Shown: piece after piece, positions 46,202 through 56,437 of the stretch
How positions within the stretch are numbered: position 1 is the first letter of the stretch
Layout of the letters: every line of letters starts with the position of its first letter
DNA from: an uncultured Phycisphaeraceae bacterium
Lineage (GTDB): Bacteria > Planctomycetota > Phycisphaerae > UBA1845
Length of the DNA stretch: 64,000 nt
Assembly: GCA_964495075.1 (NCBI GenBank)
Contig: CAZBUJ010000009.1
Location: forward strand, 36,086-100,085
Reading direction: 5' to 3'
Notes under the pieces: model-generated
Told to the model about the DNA's origin: nothing
What the model saw: only the letters and a program-made list of their open reading frames with translations
The model's database searches: none
Made by a program: the position numbers and the translations under genes

Positions 46202-47728
46202 TCATCCCTGCCGCGTGAACCCCTTTTCGCTGAGGATCAGGCGTACCGGGTAGAGATGTTTGAACTCCCAATCCTCGTAGGCGATCTCGAGCATGGTCGC
46301 GATCTTCGGCTTGGGCAGAACGCTGACCCGCTTGCGGCCGTTCCAGATGATTTCGATGGGTTGCGTAAGGTCGATCAGCTCCGGGCCCAGCCGCAATTCG
46401 ACGTGCGTGGTCCGGGTCGTCTCGATGGTGATGGTCTGCCCCTCGATTCGCCCGCCGATGTAGGCCAGCTTGCTCTTGAGCACCTCGGTGGCGTAGGTAT
46501 AGAAATCGGTCGTCGGCGCGGACAGGATCGAGATCTGCGAGGACTGCCACGGCTCGCCATCAAACCCCCGCTGCAGAAGCCACCCGATCCGCCCCTGGGC
46601 CGGGTACCGGAACCAGTGCGACACCTCCCGCTGAGACGGATCGCGGCGATGGTCCATCACCCCATCGAACGCGGTCTTATAGTCGGGTGCCTTCCTGGAT
46701 TCTGACTCGTCATGCTCGATCGCGGCCACCGGCAGCCGCAGGCGGTTGGCCTCAGCAACCAGCAAGCGGTTGCGCGAGATGACGTCGTGGTACGCCAGCG
46801 AGAATCCCTCGACTTCGCCCGCCAATACCGACAATACGTCGTCGCGTTGGCTGCTCTGCGTGGTCGCCCCCGCACGGGGTGCTTGCTCGCGGTCCTCCCC
46901 ATCTTCACCGAGCCATATGATGAGCGCCGGCGTGTGCATCAGGTTGGGCAACAGGATGTCGTACATCGGCTGCGGATAGGGAACGTCCAGGCTGCCCCCA
47001 AATGACACCAGCCCGGCCACCCAGTGCGTGTACAAGACGGCCATGCTCAGCGTGTCCGTCGCGCCATGTCCTTGGCCGAACAGGAACACGCGGTCGGTAT
47101 CCACGTGGAACCGCCGTCGGATTTCGCGAAGCAACCGAACGGGCTCACGTGAGTCAGCCAACGGCGCGTCGAACGCGGCCCCTCGGCACTTTTGAACGGA
47201 TGCGACGATGAACTGTTCTTCCGGCCTGGCGTGCGGGTCGGCTTCCAAATGCTCAAACAGGTGCAGCGGGGCGAGACCGACCGCGGGCTTGTTGGAGCCC
47301 ACGCCCGCGACCGGCAAGCAGAGGAGTAGCGGATACGCCTTATGTGGGTCGGGGGCGTCGCCATCACATGCCGGAAGCACAACGTGCACCGTCCGCTTCG
47401 CCCCATCTGGCGTTTCGTACACAAAGGACGATTTTCGCCCTCCCACCGGCTCCCAGACGCAGACCCTACGAATCGCCGCTGCGACTTCATCGACCCCGAC
47501 CCCCTCCATCTCCTCGATCGCGACCGCCCGTTCCTGTCTCCGCTCCGCGTTGTCTTCGAGAAAGTACGCCCGCACCATTTCATCCATCAACTGCACGGCC
47601 GGCTGCGAAGTAGCCTGCGTTGCGGGCTGCACTGTCGGCTTCGAGGCGGGTTGGGACGCCGGCGGCTCCGCCCCCGCGCCGACCCACATGCTGGCCAGCG
47701 TCACGACCAAAAGCTCCGCCAGCGACAT
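46202..47728 (-). CDS. Secreted alpha/beta-hydrolase-fold protein, probably catalytically degenerate
   Basis: Signal peptide, ATQP-type linker, KAYPLLLCL, HVDTDRVFLFGQGHG. Confidence 0.65.
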   Translation of the reverse strand: MSLAELLVVTLASMWVGAGAEPPASQPASKPTVQPATQATSQPAVQLMDEMVRAYFLEDNAERRQERAVAIEEMEGVGVDEVAAAIRRVCVWEPVGGRKSSFVYETPDGAKRTVHVVLPACDGDAPDPHKAYPLLLCLPVAGVGSNKPAVGLAPLHLFEHLEADPHARPEEQFIVASVQKCRGAAFDAPLADSREPVRLLREIRRRFHVDTDRVFLFGQGHGATDTLSMAVLYTHWVAGLVSFGGSLDVPYPQPMYDILLPNLMHTPALIIWLGEDGEDREQAPRAGATTQSSQRDDVLSVLAGEVEGFSLAYHDVISRNRLLVAEANRLRLPVAAIEHDESESRKAPDYKTAFDGVMDHRRDPSQREVSHWFRYPAQGRIGWLLQRGFDGEPWQSSQISILSAPTTDFYTYATEVLKSKLAYIGGRIEGQTITIETTRTTHVELRLGPELIDLTQPIEIIWNGRKRVSVLPKPKIATMLEIAYEDWEFKHLYPVRLILSEKGFTRQG

Positions 47729-47751
47729 CGCCGAAGCCTCCCCGCAAGTGC

Positions 47752-48270
47752 TTACTGGTGATCGACCACCACGGTATACCCTCCCCCCTGCGCCTTGTAC
47801 GTAAACACGATCTCTGCGCCGCAGTCGAACACCAGCCCTTGCTGCACGACCCGGGCCGGGCCGCGGCCGCGCTCCTCGCCGGTGTCCGGATCGAGGAATC
47901 GCCCACCCGCCACGCCGAGCGTCAACCCGTCCTCACAGGCCACCTCGATGTGGTCGGCCGTCAACGGAATGAGCAGCCCTGTACCCGCCACGCCGACCCC
48001 CTCGGTCACCAAGTTGTTGGGCAGCATCAGTTGGTCGACGGTCGCCCCCGCGCCTTGGGGAAGCACGTAGAACTGCGTCTCCACCACCGTGTCGGTTTCG
48101 TTGACAAACGACACCCGTACCAGGGATTCGTCGTCGGCCGTCGCTGGCACCGGTGCCCCCGCCCCCGAGCCGGCCAGCGGGGCGACGCCCGTTTCGCAAC
48201 CGCCACCCAGTCCCACCGTCGCCAGAACCAGCAATAAACCCATGCCATCGCTGCATTTACGATCAACCAT
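47752..48270 (-). CDS. Putative lipoprotein
   Basis: Hydrophobic stretch ending GLGGGC; start at 48270 or 48243. Confidence 0.65.
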   Translation of the reverse strand: MVDRKCSDGMGLLLVLATVGLGGGCETGVAPLAGSGAGAPVPATADDESLVRVSFVNETDTVVETQFYVLPQGAGATVDQLMLPNNLVTEGVGVAGTGLLIPLTADHIEVACEDGLTLGVAGGRFLDPDTGEERGRGPARVVQQGLVFDCGAEIVFTYKAQGGGYTVVVDHQ

Positions 48271-48448
48271 CCGTGTCTCCTGGCTGAAATGCCCGTGCTC
48301 GCCAATCGGCCGCGACCCGGTCCGCGCCCTCGGATCACTCGATTCGCGGCGAAGCGCCACCACCAGTGTACCGGGCGGCCTTCGCGGGGCAATGGTGGAG
48401 TTCTACAGTAAGCCCTGGCAGCGCCGTGGGTAACGGTGTCCCGTTCGA

Positions 48449-48476
48449 TTGACAGGTATGCGGCACGGTTTATAAT
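48449..48476 (+). promoter_or_regulatory. Consensus sigma-70 promoter
   Basis: TTGACA-N16-TATAAT. Confidence 0.8.
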
Positions 48477-48546
48477 GCTCGAAGTTGGCCGAAGGGGAGG
48501 TCCAAACGAGCTGGATTGCCCCAATCGAGGAGAGTTTGCGCCTGTT

Positions 48547-49686
48547 ATGGCAACGGTTACGCTGGTTGAAGTCAGTAAAGTGTACGGGGGAGACCGGGAG
48601 GTCCGCGCCGTCAACAACATCTCACTCGATATTGCGGACCGGGAGTTCCTCGTCCTGGTCGGCCCGTCCGGGTGCGGCAAGAGCACCACATTGCGGATGA
48701 TCGCAGGGCTGGAGGAGGTCACCGAAGGCACCATTCGCATCGGCGAACGCGTGGTCAACGATGTCGCCCCCAAGGATCGTGACATCGCGATGGTCTTCCA
48801 GAACTACGCCTTGTACCCGCACATGACCGTGTTCAACAACATGGCCTTCGGACTCAAGATGCGGAAGGTCCCCAAGGCGCAAATCAAGGAGAAGGTGCAG
48901 AAGGCGGCCCGGATGCTCAGCATCGAGCATTTGCTCCAGCGCAAGCCGAAGCAGCTATCCGGCGGCGAGCGGCAGCGGGTGGCGGTCGGCCGAGCGATCG
49001 TCCGCAGCCCGAAGGCCTTCCTGTTCGATGAGCCGCTCTCCAATCTCGACGCCCGCCTCCGGGTCCAGATGCGGGCGGAACTGAAAAAGCTACACCGTGA
49101 ATTGAATACCACCGCGATCTACGTGACGCACGACCAGGAAGAGGCGATGACTCTGGGCGACCGGATCGTGGTGATGAAATCCGGGGTGGTGCACCAATGT
49201 GCCACGCCCCTGGAGGTCTACGGGCGCCCCGTGGACCGTTTCGTTGCATCGTTTGTAGGGACCCCGCCGATGAACTTCATCGAGGGGCGTTTGCGGCGAT
49301 CTGACGGGGCACTCTGCTTCGACGACGGGAGCGACACGCTCCGGCTCTCGGACCGGCTCCAGCAGCGGCTGGCCGGTCGCGAGAACCAGCCGATCGTGCT
49401 GGGGGCGAGGCCGGAGACGCTGGCGCTAGCGAGTGCGTCGGGCAACGGCAACCGGTTGCCGATGCGGATCACCGTCGTCGAGACTCTGGGACCGGAACAG
49501 GATGTTTACCTGCAGACCCGATCGGGGGTGCAGGTCGTGGCCCGCGTGCCCGCCGAGGTCCGGGTGACCGAGGGTGCGGAGGCCGAGGTGCGCTTCGATG
49601 TGAATCGCGTGCACCTGTTTGAGCCGGGAGACAACGGCGTGAACATCAGTTTGGACGGACAGGGAGCGCGGACCAGTGCGGCCTGA
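48547..49686 (+). CDS. MalK/UgpC/MsmX-type sugar ABC ATPase
   Basis: GPSGCGKS, LSGGERQR, DEPLSNLD, YVTHDQ, TOBE-like tail. Confidence 0.96.
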   Translation: MATVTLVEVSKVYGGDREVRAVNNISLDIADREFLVLVGPSGCGKSTTLRMIAGLEEVTEGTIRIGERVVNDVAPKDRDIAMVFQNYALYPHMTVFNNMAFGLKMRKVPKAQIKEKVQKAARMLSIEHLLQRKPKQLSGGERQRVAVGRAIVRSPKAFLFDEPLSNLDARLRVQMRAELKKLHRELNTTAIYVTHDQEEAMTLGDRIVVMKSGVVHQCATPLEVYGRPVDRFVASFVGTPPMNFIEGRLRRSDGALCFDDGSDTLRLSDRLQQRLAGRENQPIVLGARPETLALASASGNGNRLPMRITVVETLGPEQDVYLQTRSGVQVVARVPAEVRVTEGAEAEVRFDVNRVHLFEPGDNGVNISLDGQGARTSAA

Positions 49687-49805
49687 GCCAGGCCAGCACT
49701 CGCGGCCGTCGCGTCCCGGGCGCGACGGAATCCGGACCGGGCGCATCGGAGGGCAGAATCCGATGCCTTAGGACTCTGACCAACCCCGTTCTTTCGTCCG
49801 TTCAG

Positions 49806-49838
49806 AGTGGGTTTGCCCGGTGCACTGCCCACTTTTTT
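49806..49838 (+). promoter_or_regulatory. Leader hairpin/attenuator of the nusA operon (rimP-leader-like)
   Basis: AGTGGG..CCCACT followed by a T run, about 95 bp before nusA. Confidence 0.6.
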
Positions 49839-49933
49839 GTTGCTGGTAGGCGGGTAGGACAATTTGGCAATTCGGCAATTTGGACGTGCACGGACGTCGT
49901 TTCATCCGTGCCTAGAAGAACGGACGCAGAACG

Positions 49934-51469
49934 ATGATCAACAGTCAGGAAGTCCTCCGCATCGTCGACTCGATCTGTCGCGACAAGGCCATCGACAAGG
50001 AGATGGTCTACGAAGACCTGGAGGCGGCGATGGTGTCCGCGGCCCGCAAGGCCTACGGACAGACGGAAGACGTCACCATCAAAATCGACCGGATGACCGG
50101 CGAGATACACGCGATGATGGAAGGCGAGCGGATCACCATGCAGAACCTGGGCCGCATCGCCGCCCAGACCTTCAAGCAGGTTATGATCCAGCGGATCCGC
50201 GAAGCCGAACGCGGCAGCATCTTCGACGAGTACTCCGACAAGGTCGGAACGATCGTCACCGGCACGGTGGCCCGGTTCGAGAGCGGGGCGCTGGTGGTCT
50301 CGCTGGGCCGGGCGGAAGGGTTCCTGCCCCGCAGCGAACAGATCCCCGGCGAGACGCACCACCCGGGCGATCGCATCCGGGCGATGGTGCTCGACGTGGA
50401 GGAGAAACCCAACCAGGTCCGCATCGTCCTGACCCGCAGCCACCCGGACTACATCCGGAGACTGTTCGAGTTGGAGGTCCCGGAGGTCGGCGAGCGCATC
50501 ATCGAGATCCGGGCCCTCGCTCGCGAAGCCGGATACCGCACCAAGGTGGCCGTCTCCTCGATCGACACAAAAGTCGACGCGGTCGGGGCCTGCGTGGGGG
50601 TCCGCGGCAGCCGGATCCGCAACATCGTGGACGAACTCGGGGGCGAGAAGATCGACATCGTGCGCTGGAACGAGTCGTCGCAGATTCTGATCGCCAACGC
50701 GCTGAAACCCGCGGAGGTGCAGGAGATCGCGCTCTGCTTCGAATTGAACCGCGCGACGGTCGTGGTGTCGGAGGATCAACTATCGCTGGCCATCGGCAAG
50801 CGCGGCCAGAACGTACGCCTCGCCGCCCGTCTGACCGGCTGGGACATCGATATTCTCACGCCGGCCGAGTACAACAAGGGGCTCGACGAAATGGAGAAGG
50901 CCCTGCGGTCGATCGAGGGAGTCGAGGATGTGATGCTCGACAAGCTGATGGCCATGGGCGTCATCTCGGTGGCCGACATCGAGGAGATCGGGACCGAGCC
51001 GCTGGTCAAGGAACTCGAAGTCTCGGATGAACTGGCGGAGCGGATTATCGTAGTTGCCGTGGAAGCGGCGAGACGGCTGGCCGCCGAGGCGGAGGAGGCG
51101 AAGCGCTTGGCCGCGGAAGCGGAAGCGGCGCAGGCGGCCGCGGCCAAGGCGGCCGACGCGGCGGCCGCCGGCGAAGGGGCCGGCTTGGAAACCGCCGACG
51201 TGGCCACGGTCGAGGCCCCGCTGGGCATCGACGCGGGACCCGCGGCGGTGGAGTCGGATACGCCGGACGCCGCCGATGCGGAGCGTGCGGGGGCGGATGC
51301 GCCGCCGGCCGGCTCGACGGTACCGGTCGCCGCCACGGAAAGCGAATCGGAAGAAGCCACTCGGACCGCCGGACCTCCGGCGTCCGAGGCGGAAGGGATT
51401 GAAGCGGTGCCCGACGAGTCGACCCGGCGGTCGCCGGCGTCGTCGTCCGGGCAGGAACAGGCGGAGTAA
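49934..51469 (+). CDS. nusA: Transcription factor NusA with acidic Ala-rich tail
   Basis: GRIAAQ, S1 domain, REAGYRTK, GACVGVRGSR, LAIGKRGQNVRLA. Confidence 0.98.
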   Translation: MINSQEVLRIVDSICRDKAIDKEMVYEDLEAAMVSAARKAYGQTEDVTIKIDRMTGEIHAMMEGERITMQNLGRIAAQTFKQVMIQRIREAERGSIFDEYSDKVGTIVTGTVARFESGALVVSLGRAEGFLPRSEQIPGETHHPGDRIRAMVLDVEEKPNQVRIVLTRSHPDYIRRLFELEVPEVGERIIEIRALAREAGYRTKVAVSSIDTKVDAVGACVGVRGSRIRNIVDELGGEKIDIVRWNESSQILIANALKPAEVQEIALCFELNRATVVVSEDQLSLAIGKRGQNVRLAARLTGWDIDILTPAEYNKGLDEMEKALRSIEGVEDVMLDKLMAMGVISVADIEEIGTEPLVKELEVSDELAERIIVVAVEAARRLAAEAEEAKRLAAEAEAAQAAAAKAADAAAAGEGAGLETADVATVEAPLGIDAGPAAVESDTPDAADAERAGADAPPAGSTVPVAATESESEEATRTAGPPASEAEGIEAVPDESTRRSPASSSGQEQAE

Positions 51470-51581
51470 AGGTTGACGAACCGCGGAGACAAGTGTGACG
51501 TTGGCTCGATTCCGGCCGGCGGGGGCGCCACGCGAGAGCGCCCCGGACCGGGCGGTTATGAAGAACGGAAGGATCGAGACC

Positions 51582-54404
51582 TTGGCTGACAAAATGCGCG
51601 TTCACATCCTGGCGAAGGAACTGAACGTCACGAGCAAGGCGATCCTGGCGAAGTGCGCCGCGGAGGGGCTCAGCGTGAAGAACCATATGTCCACGCTGAC
51701 GGCGGGGCAGACGGCCACGCTGCGTGAATGGTTCTCGGAAGGGGCGCACGAAACGACGGTCGAGGTCGCCGACCGGGTGAACCTCGACAAGGTGCGGGCG
51801 CCGCGGCGGCGTCGCAGGCCCAAGACCGCCGAAGCCGCCACCGCGACGGCCGAAATGCCGGCCACTACGCAGGTCGGCGTGACGGAAGCGGGCCCGCCCG
51901 CGACCTCGGTCCAGGCGCCGCTGGAGGCCGAGGAGACCCCCGACGAGAAGGGGGCACCGGCCACCGCGCTGGTGGCGGACGCACCGCCCACCGCGGTTGA
52001 GGTGACCGCCCCGCCGACGGCCGACATCACGCCGGATACGCTGGTCGGCGCCGAACCCGCCGGCCCGCCGGCCGGTCCGTCGGTCACAGCCCCGACGGAG
52101 CCGGCCCCGGACACCACCACCGAGCCGGCCACCGCCGCCCGCGTCGCCGCGGAGGCGCCGCGGGAGGGCACCGAGGCGCCGCCGCCGCTACTCGAAGCGC
52201 CGGCCGAGGCCGAGGAGAAGGAAGACGTCACGCTTCAACCGGCCGGACCGCAGAATGTTCCGCAGCCGGCCCGGCTGCGCGGACCCCGCGTGGTGCGCTA
52301 CGAGGCACCCGAAACAAACCTCTACCCGCCGCGGCGGTCCGGAGCGCGGCGATCAGAGTTGGGCAGTCCCGCCGCCGCGGCCGAAACCCCGACCGGTGAG
52401 GCACCGCCGGGTCGCGGTCGAGGCAAGGCCGCCGGGAAACGGCGCGGGGGGCGCACCCACGAGCGGCGAGCCGGCCGCGGCTCCGATGCCGGTACCGACA
52501 AGATCAAGGAATGGCGCGATCGGGACCTGATCGAGCGCCGGGAGCGACTCGCCGGGGCGACCGGCCGGCGGATCCATACCCGTCGCTTCGAACTCCAGCA
52601 GTCCCACCAGCCATCCGCCCCGCCCCAGAAGAAGACGAAAGCGGAGATTCAGGAACCGTTCACGCTGAAGGACTTCTGTGCCGCCATCGGCGTCCCGTTC
52701 CTGTCGGTGTTCAACGTGTTGAAACGCGATCACAACGTGCTAGCGAACGTGAATAGCAGCATCGACAAGGAGACGGCGGAACTCGTCGCCTTGGAGTTTG
52801 GCGTGGAACTGACCGTCGCGGAAGCCCGGACCTCGCTCGACGTCCTGAAGGAGGAGTTCGAGAAGCGGGAACGCAGAGGCCTCCAGCCACGATCGCCGGT
52901 GGTCACCATGCTCGGTCACGTGGACCACGGCAAGACCAGCTTGCTGGACGCCATCCGGCGCACGCAGGTGGCGGAGGGTGAGGACGGTGGTATCACGCAG
53001 CATATCAGCTCCTACCACCTGATGACGCCCGCCGGTCCGCTGACGTTCCTCGACACGCCAGGCCACGAGGCGTTCACCGCCATGCGGGCCCGGGGCGCGC
53101 AGTTGACGGACATCGTCGTGCTGGTGGTGGCGGCGGACGACGGGGTCATGCCGCAAACGGTCGAGGCGATCAACCACGCCAAGGCGGCCGGGGTACCGAT
53201 CGTCGTCGCGTTGAACAAGATCGACCTGGGCGACCACAAGGTGGTCGAGATCTACGGTCAGCTGGCGAGCCACGGGCTCACGCCGAGCGGAGACTGGGGC
53301 GGCGACACCGACGTCATCCGCACGTCGGCCACCGGCGGGCAGGGCATCGACGAGTTGCTCGAGCACCTGGTGGCGATGGGCGAGGTGCTCGAAGTCCAGG
53401 CGGATCCGACCATCGAGGCGATGGGAACGGCGATCGAGGCGGAGACCAAGGCCGGCGTCGGCCCGGTGGTTCGCCTGCTCGTGCAGGAAGGCACCCTGAC
53501 GAAAGGTGACACGGTCGTGTGCGGGAACGCGGCCGGCAAGGTCCGGGCGTTGCACAACGACCGGGGCGAACTGATCGAGTCGGCGGGCCCGTCCATGCCC
53601 GTGGAAATCTGGGGCCTGGAAGACGTCCCCATGGCCGGCGACAAGCTGTTCCAGGTGGACTCGATGCACCGCGCCAAGCAGATCGCTCAAGAGGTCGCCC
53701 ATCGCCGCCTGGAGGAGACCCGGTCGGAGTCGCGCAAGGCCACCTCGCTCGAGGACCTCTTCAAGCGTCGAGACGCGGAAGAGACTCCCGAGCTGAACGT
53801 GATCGTCAAGGCGGATGTGGACGGTTCGGTGGACGTCCTGCGACACACGCTGGGCGAAATCCCGAGCGACAAGGTTCGGCTGAGTATTCGGCACGCGGCC
53901 GTCGGCGCGGTCAACGACAGCGACGTGATCCTGGCCGAGGCGGCTACTGCCATCATCATCGCCTTCCGCGTAACGACGCAGATGGGGGCGCGGAAGCTGG
54001 CCGAGATGCGTCACGTGGACATTCGGTACTACCGCGTGGTCTACGAGGTGGTGGACGAGATCGTCAAGGCGATGGAAGGCAAGCTCGCGCCGGAAGAGAA
54101 GGAAGAGCAGCGGGCGACGGCCGAGGTTCGGCAAGTGTTCAAGATCGGGAAGCTCGGCTTCGTGGCCGGTTGCATGGTAACGAACGGCTTGGTCTCGCGG
54201 AATCACTTTTGTCGCGTGCTCCGTGAGGGGATCGTGGTTCGCGACGGCTGCGCGATCGACTCGCTGCGGCACTTCAAGGATGACGCAAAAGAGGTTCGCG
54301 CCGGGATGGAATGCGGGATACGACTCGAGGGTTTTGATGACCTTAAGCCAGGGGACATCATCGAGACCTACGAGATCGTCAAGATTGCCAGAACGCTGGC
54401 GTAG
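51582..54404 (+). CDS. infB: Translation initiation factor IF-2
   Basis: [36 protein letters not shown]. Confidence 0.98.
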   Translation: MADKMRVHILAKELNVTSKAILAKCAAEGLSVKNHMSTLTAGQTATLREWFSEGAHETTVEVADRVNLDKVRAPRRRRRPKTAEAATATAEMPATTQVGVTEAGPPATSVQAPLEAEETPDEKGAPATALVADAPPTAVEVTAPPTADITPDTLVGAEPAGPPAGPSVTAPTEPAPDTTTEPATAARVAAEAPREGTEAPPPLLEAPAEAEEKEDVTLQPAGPQNVPQPARLRGPRVVRYEAPETNLYPPRRSGARRSELGSPAAAAETPTGEAPPGRGRGKAAGKRRGGRTHERRAGRGSDAGTDKIKEWRDRDLIERRERLAGATGRRIHTRRFELQQSHQPSAPPQKKTKAEIQEPFTLKDFCAAIGVPFLSVFNVLKRDHNVLANVNSSIDKETAELVALEFGVELTVAEARTSLDVLKEEFEKRERRGLQPRSPVVTMLGHVDHGKTSLLDAIRRTQVAEGEDGGITQHISSYHLMTPAGPLTFLDTPGHEAFTAMRARGAQLTDIVVLVVAADDGVMPQTVEAINHAKAAGVPIVVALNKIDLGDHKVVEIYGQLASHGLTPSGDWGGDTDVIRTSATGGQGIDELLEHLVAMGEVLEVQADPTIEAMGTAIEAETKAGVGPVVRLLVQEGTLTKGDTVVCGNAAGKVRALHNDRGELIESAGPSMPVEIWGLEDVPMAGDKLFQVDSMHRAKQIAQEVAHRRLEETRSESRKATSLEDLFKRRDAEETPELNVIVKADVDGSVDVLRHTLGEIPSDKVRLSIRHAAVGAVNDSDVILAEAATAIIIAFRVTTQMGARKLAEMRHVDIRYYRVVYEVVDEIVKAMEGKLAPEEKEEQRATAEVRQVFKIGKLGFVAGCMVTNGLVSRNHFCRVLREGIVVRDGCAIDSLRHFKDDAKEVRAGMECGIRLEGFDDLKPGDIIETYEIVKIARTLA

Positions 54405-54433
54405 CGTTTCCGTCGGCGACGGATCCCGAGCTA

Positions 54434-55684
54434 ATGATCGAATTCAAGGCTGAGTGCGGGCACACGATTCGCGTAAAAGACGAGGACGCCGGAAAGGTCG
54501 TGCGCTGCTCGTATTGCGGGCGCGAGACGCAGGCTCCCGACAGCCGGGACGGCGCGGGTTCGGACGAACTGGAGTACCTGTTCTCCGAAGTCGAGCGGAC
54601 GGGCGTGTACGAGACCCCGTCGGACCGCCAGCGCGTCAAACGCATGCGGAGAAAGGGCGGGACGCCGAAGCCAAGTGGCAAGCCGCGGCCCACGGCTTCA
54701 AACCCGTTCGGCCTCGTCCTCAAGCTGTGTTACGTGTGCCTGATCATCGCGATCGTGATTTTCGTGGGCAAGAAGCTCTATCGCACGTTCTACCCGGACG
54801 AGAAGGGCAGGCGGCAGGTGGCCCGGCGGACGGCGGAATCGGAGGAGAGGGGCGGTGGCGGCGCCTCCTCGCACGGCGGCGGGCTTGGGCTGTTGCGGCC
54901 CAGACTGCCGGGGGGCGGCTGCGGGATCTACGTGAACTCCGTGCCCGGCGGCGCCGACGTCTACATCACCGATAAGGGACGGATCGGCCGCGGCGACTCG
55001 ATCTTCCGGGTCCCGTCGGACCAGGTGGTCGCTTCGCTGCAAAGCGGGAATCTCGCCGAGCGGTTGAAGGCGGGTCATGACTACGACATCTACGTGACAC
55101 TGCGGATTAACGATCCGACCCTGATGCGGCTGCCGGGCTATCCCGCCTTGCGCCGCAAGTTCGAGGAGACGGGCGACGAGCGGTTGTTCGAGGGGTACTT
55201 CCTGCCGGACGGCGCGGTGAGCGTGCAAACGGATCGCCAGCCGAACCGACCGGAGGTTATCGTTCGGAAGTACGAGTGCAAGGTCTTTGATCGCACTTGG
55301 AGCCCGGTGGTGGCGCTGTTCCTGCCGGAACTGCCGCTGCCGGACCTCATCCGCCACCTGCCGCGCGAGAAGGTGTTCGGGTTCCGCGAGCAGGACGTGC
55401 AGCAGGAGTTGGAGTACTACGGCATCCCCGCCGCCGATCGCAAGTTTATGATCGACATCCTGTCCCGGATCGGGATCGTGCCTTGGCAGGACGACGAAGA
55501 CGGGTACTACCGCATCTTCGCGATCAACCTCTCGGACGGCTCGATCTATTGCCGACCGGGGCGGTTCGGGACGCCCGATCGCGGATCCTCGTCGAGCGGA
55601 CCGGGCACCGAGCCGGCGCCCCCGCGCCGCGCGACGGTCGAGCGGTTGTCGGCCGGCCTCGCCGGCGTCGGGTATGACCCGTGA
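54434..55684 (+). CDS. Zn-ribbon plus single-TM hypothetical protein
   Basis: ECGHTIRV..AGKVVRCSYCG, then one TM helix. Confidence 0.75.
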   Translation: MIEFKAECGHTIRVKDEDAGKVVRCSYCGRETQAPDSRDGAGSDELEYLFSEVERTGVYETPSDRQRVKRMRRKGGTPKPSGKPRPTASNPFGLVLKLCYVCLIIAIVIFVGKKLYRTFYPDEKGRRQVARRTAESEERGGGGASSHGGGLGLLRPRLPGGGCGIYVNSVPGGADVYITDKGRIGRGDSIFRVPSDQVVASLQSGNLAERLKAGHDYDIYVTLRINDPTLMRLPGYPALRRKFEETGDERLFEGYFLPDGAVSVQTDRQPNRPEVIVRKYECKVFDRTWSPVVALFLPELPLPDLIRHLPREKVFGFREQDVQQELEYYGIPAADRKFMIDILSRIGIVPWQDDEDGYYRIFAINLSDGSIYCRPGRFGTPDRGSSSSGPGTEPAPPRRATVERLSAGLAGVGYDP

Positions 55685-55962
55685 CGGTGGGCGTGTTGAC
55701 ACTGGACTTGGCGATTTACGAATCGCACAGTCTGAAAGACAAGCGGCGAGTGATCAAGAGTCTCAAGGATCGCCTGGCCGCCCGGTTCAACGTCTCGATC
55801 GCGGAAGTGGGCCGTTTGGATTCGCGACAGCGGGCGGTGCTGGGGATTGCGGTGGTCAACAAGGACCCCCATTACCTGCACGGCTGCCTGGACAAGATCG
55901 TCGACTTCGTACGGGCGGATCCGCGGGTCAGCGTGATCGAGTATGAGAAGGAAACACGGTGA
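55681..55962 (+). CDS. ylxP: DUF503 (YlxP) protein
   Basis: SHSLKDKRRVIKSLK..FNVSIAEV; usual position between infB and rbfA. Confidence 0.92.
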   Translation: MTVGVLTLDLAIYESHSLKDKRRVIKSLKDRLAARFNVSIAEVGRLDSRQRAVLGIAVVNKDPHYLHGCLDKIVDFVRADPRVSVIEYEKETR

Positions 55963-56002
55963 GGCGGCGTGCCGGCAGCGTCGCCCACGCGATGGAACGG
56001 AT

Positions 56003-56437
56003 ATGTCATCGTTTCGTCTGGACAAGATGGCGAGCTTCATTCGGATGCTGGTGAGTGAAGCCATCGCCAACAAGGTGAACGACCCGCGGGTGTCCCGGTT
56101 CGCGAGTGTCACTCGGGTGGCCGTCAGCGGAGACCTCCAGTCGGCGAAGGTGTACGTCAGTGTCATGGGCACGGCGGCCGACCAGCGGCGGACGATGGCC
56201 GGACTCGAGCACGCCCGCGGGCACATTCAGCGGTGGGTCGGGAGCCAGTTGCGGGTGCGACACGTGCCGGAGATCCGCTTCCTTGCCGACGAGTCGATCA
56301 AGGGGGCGGTGGAAACGGTTCGCCAGATCGACGAGTCGATGCAGGAGTTGACGGAACACGAGCCGGCGCCCGGGCTGGATCGGCCGTCCCCGGTCCCGCC
56401 CCGCACCACCGATGATTCCCATGGAGTACCTGCATGA
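56003..56437 (+). CDS. rbfA: Ribosome-binding factor A
   Basis: VNDPR, VSGDLQSAKVYVS, LRVRHVPEIRF.AD. Confidence 0.95.
   Translation: MSSFRLDKMASFIRMLVSEAIANKVNDPRVSRFASVTRVAVSGDLQSAKVYVSVMGTAADQRRTMAGLEHARGHIQRWVGSQLRVRHVPEIRFLADESIKGAVETVRQIDESMQELTEHEPAPGLDRPSPVPPRTTDDSHGVPA

Noticed and set aside
51060-52260. Ala/Glu/Pro/Thr-rich stretches in the nusA tail and infB N-terminus as inserted elements
   Set aside because: In-frame low-complexity linkers, common in these proteins.
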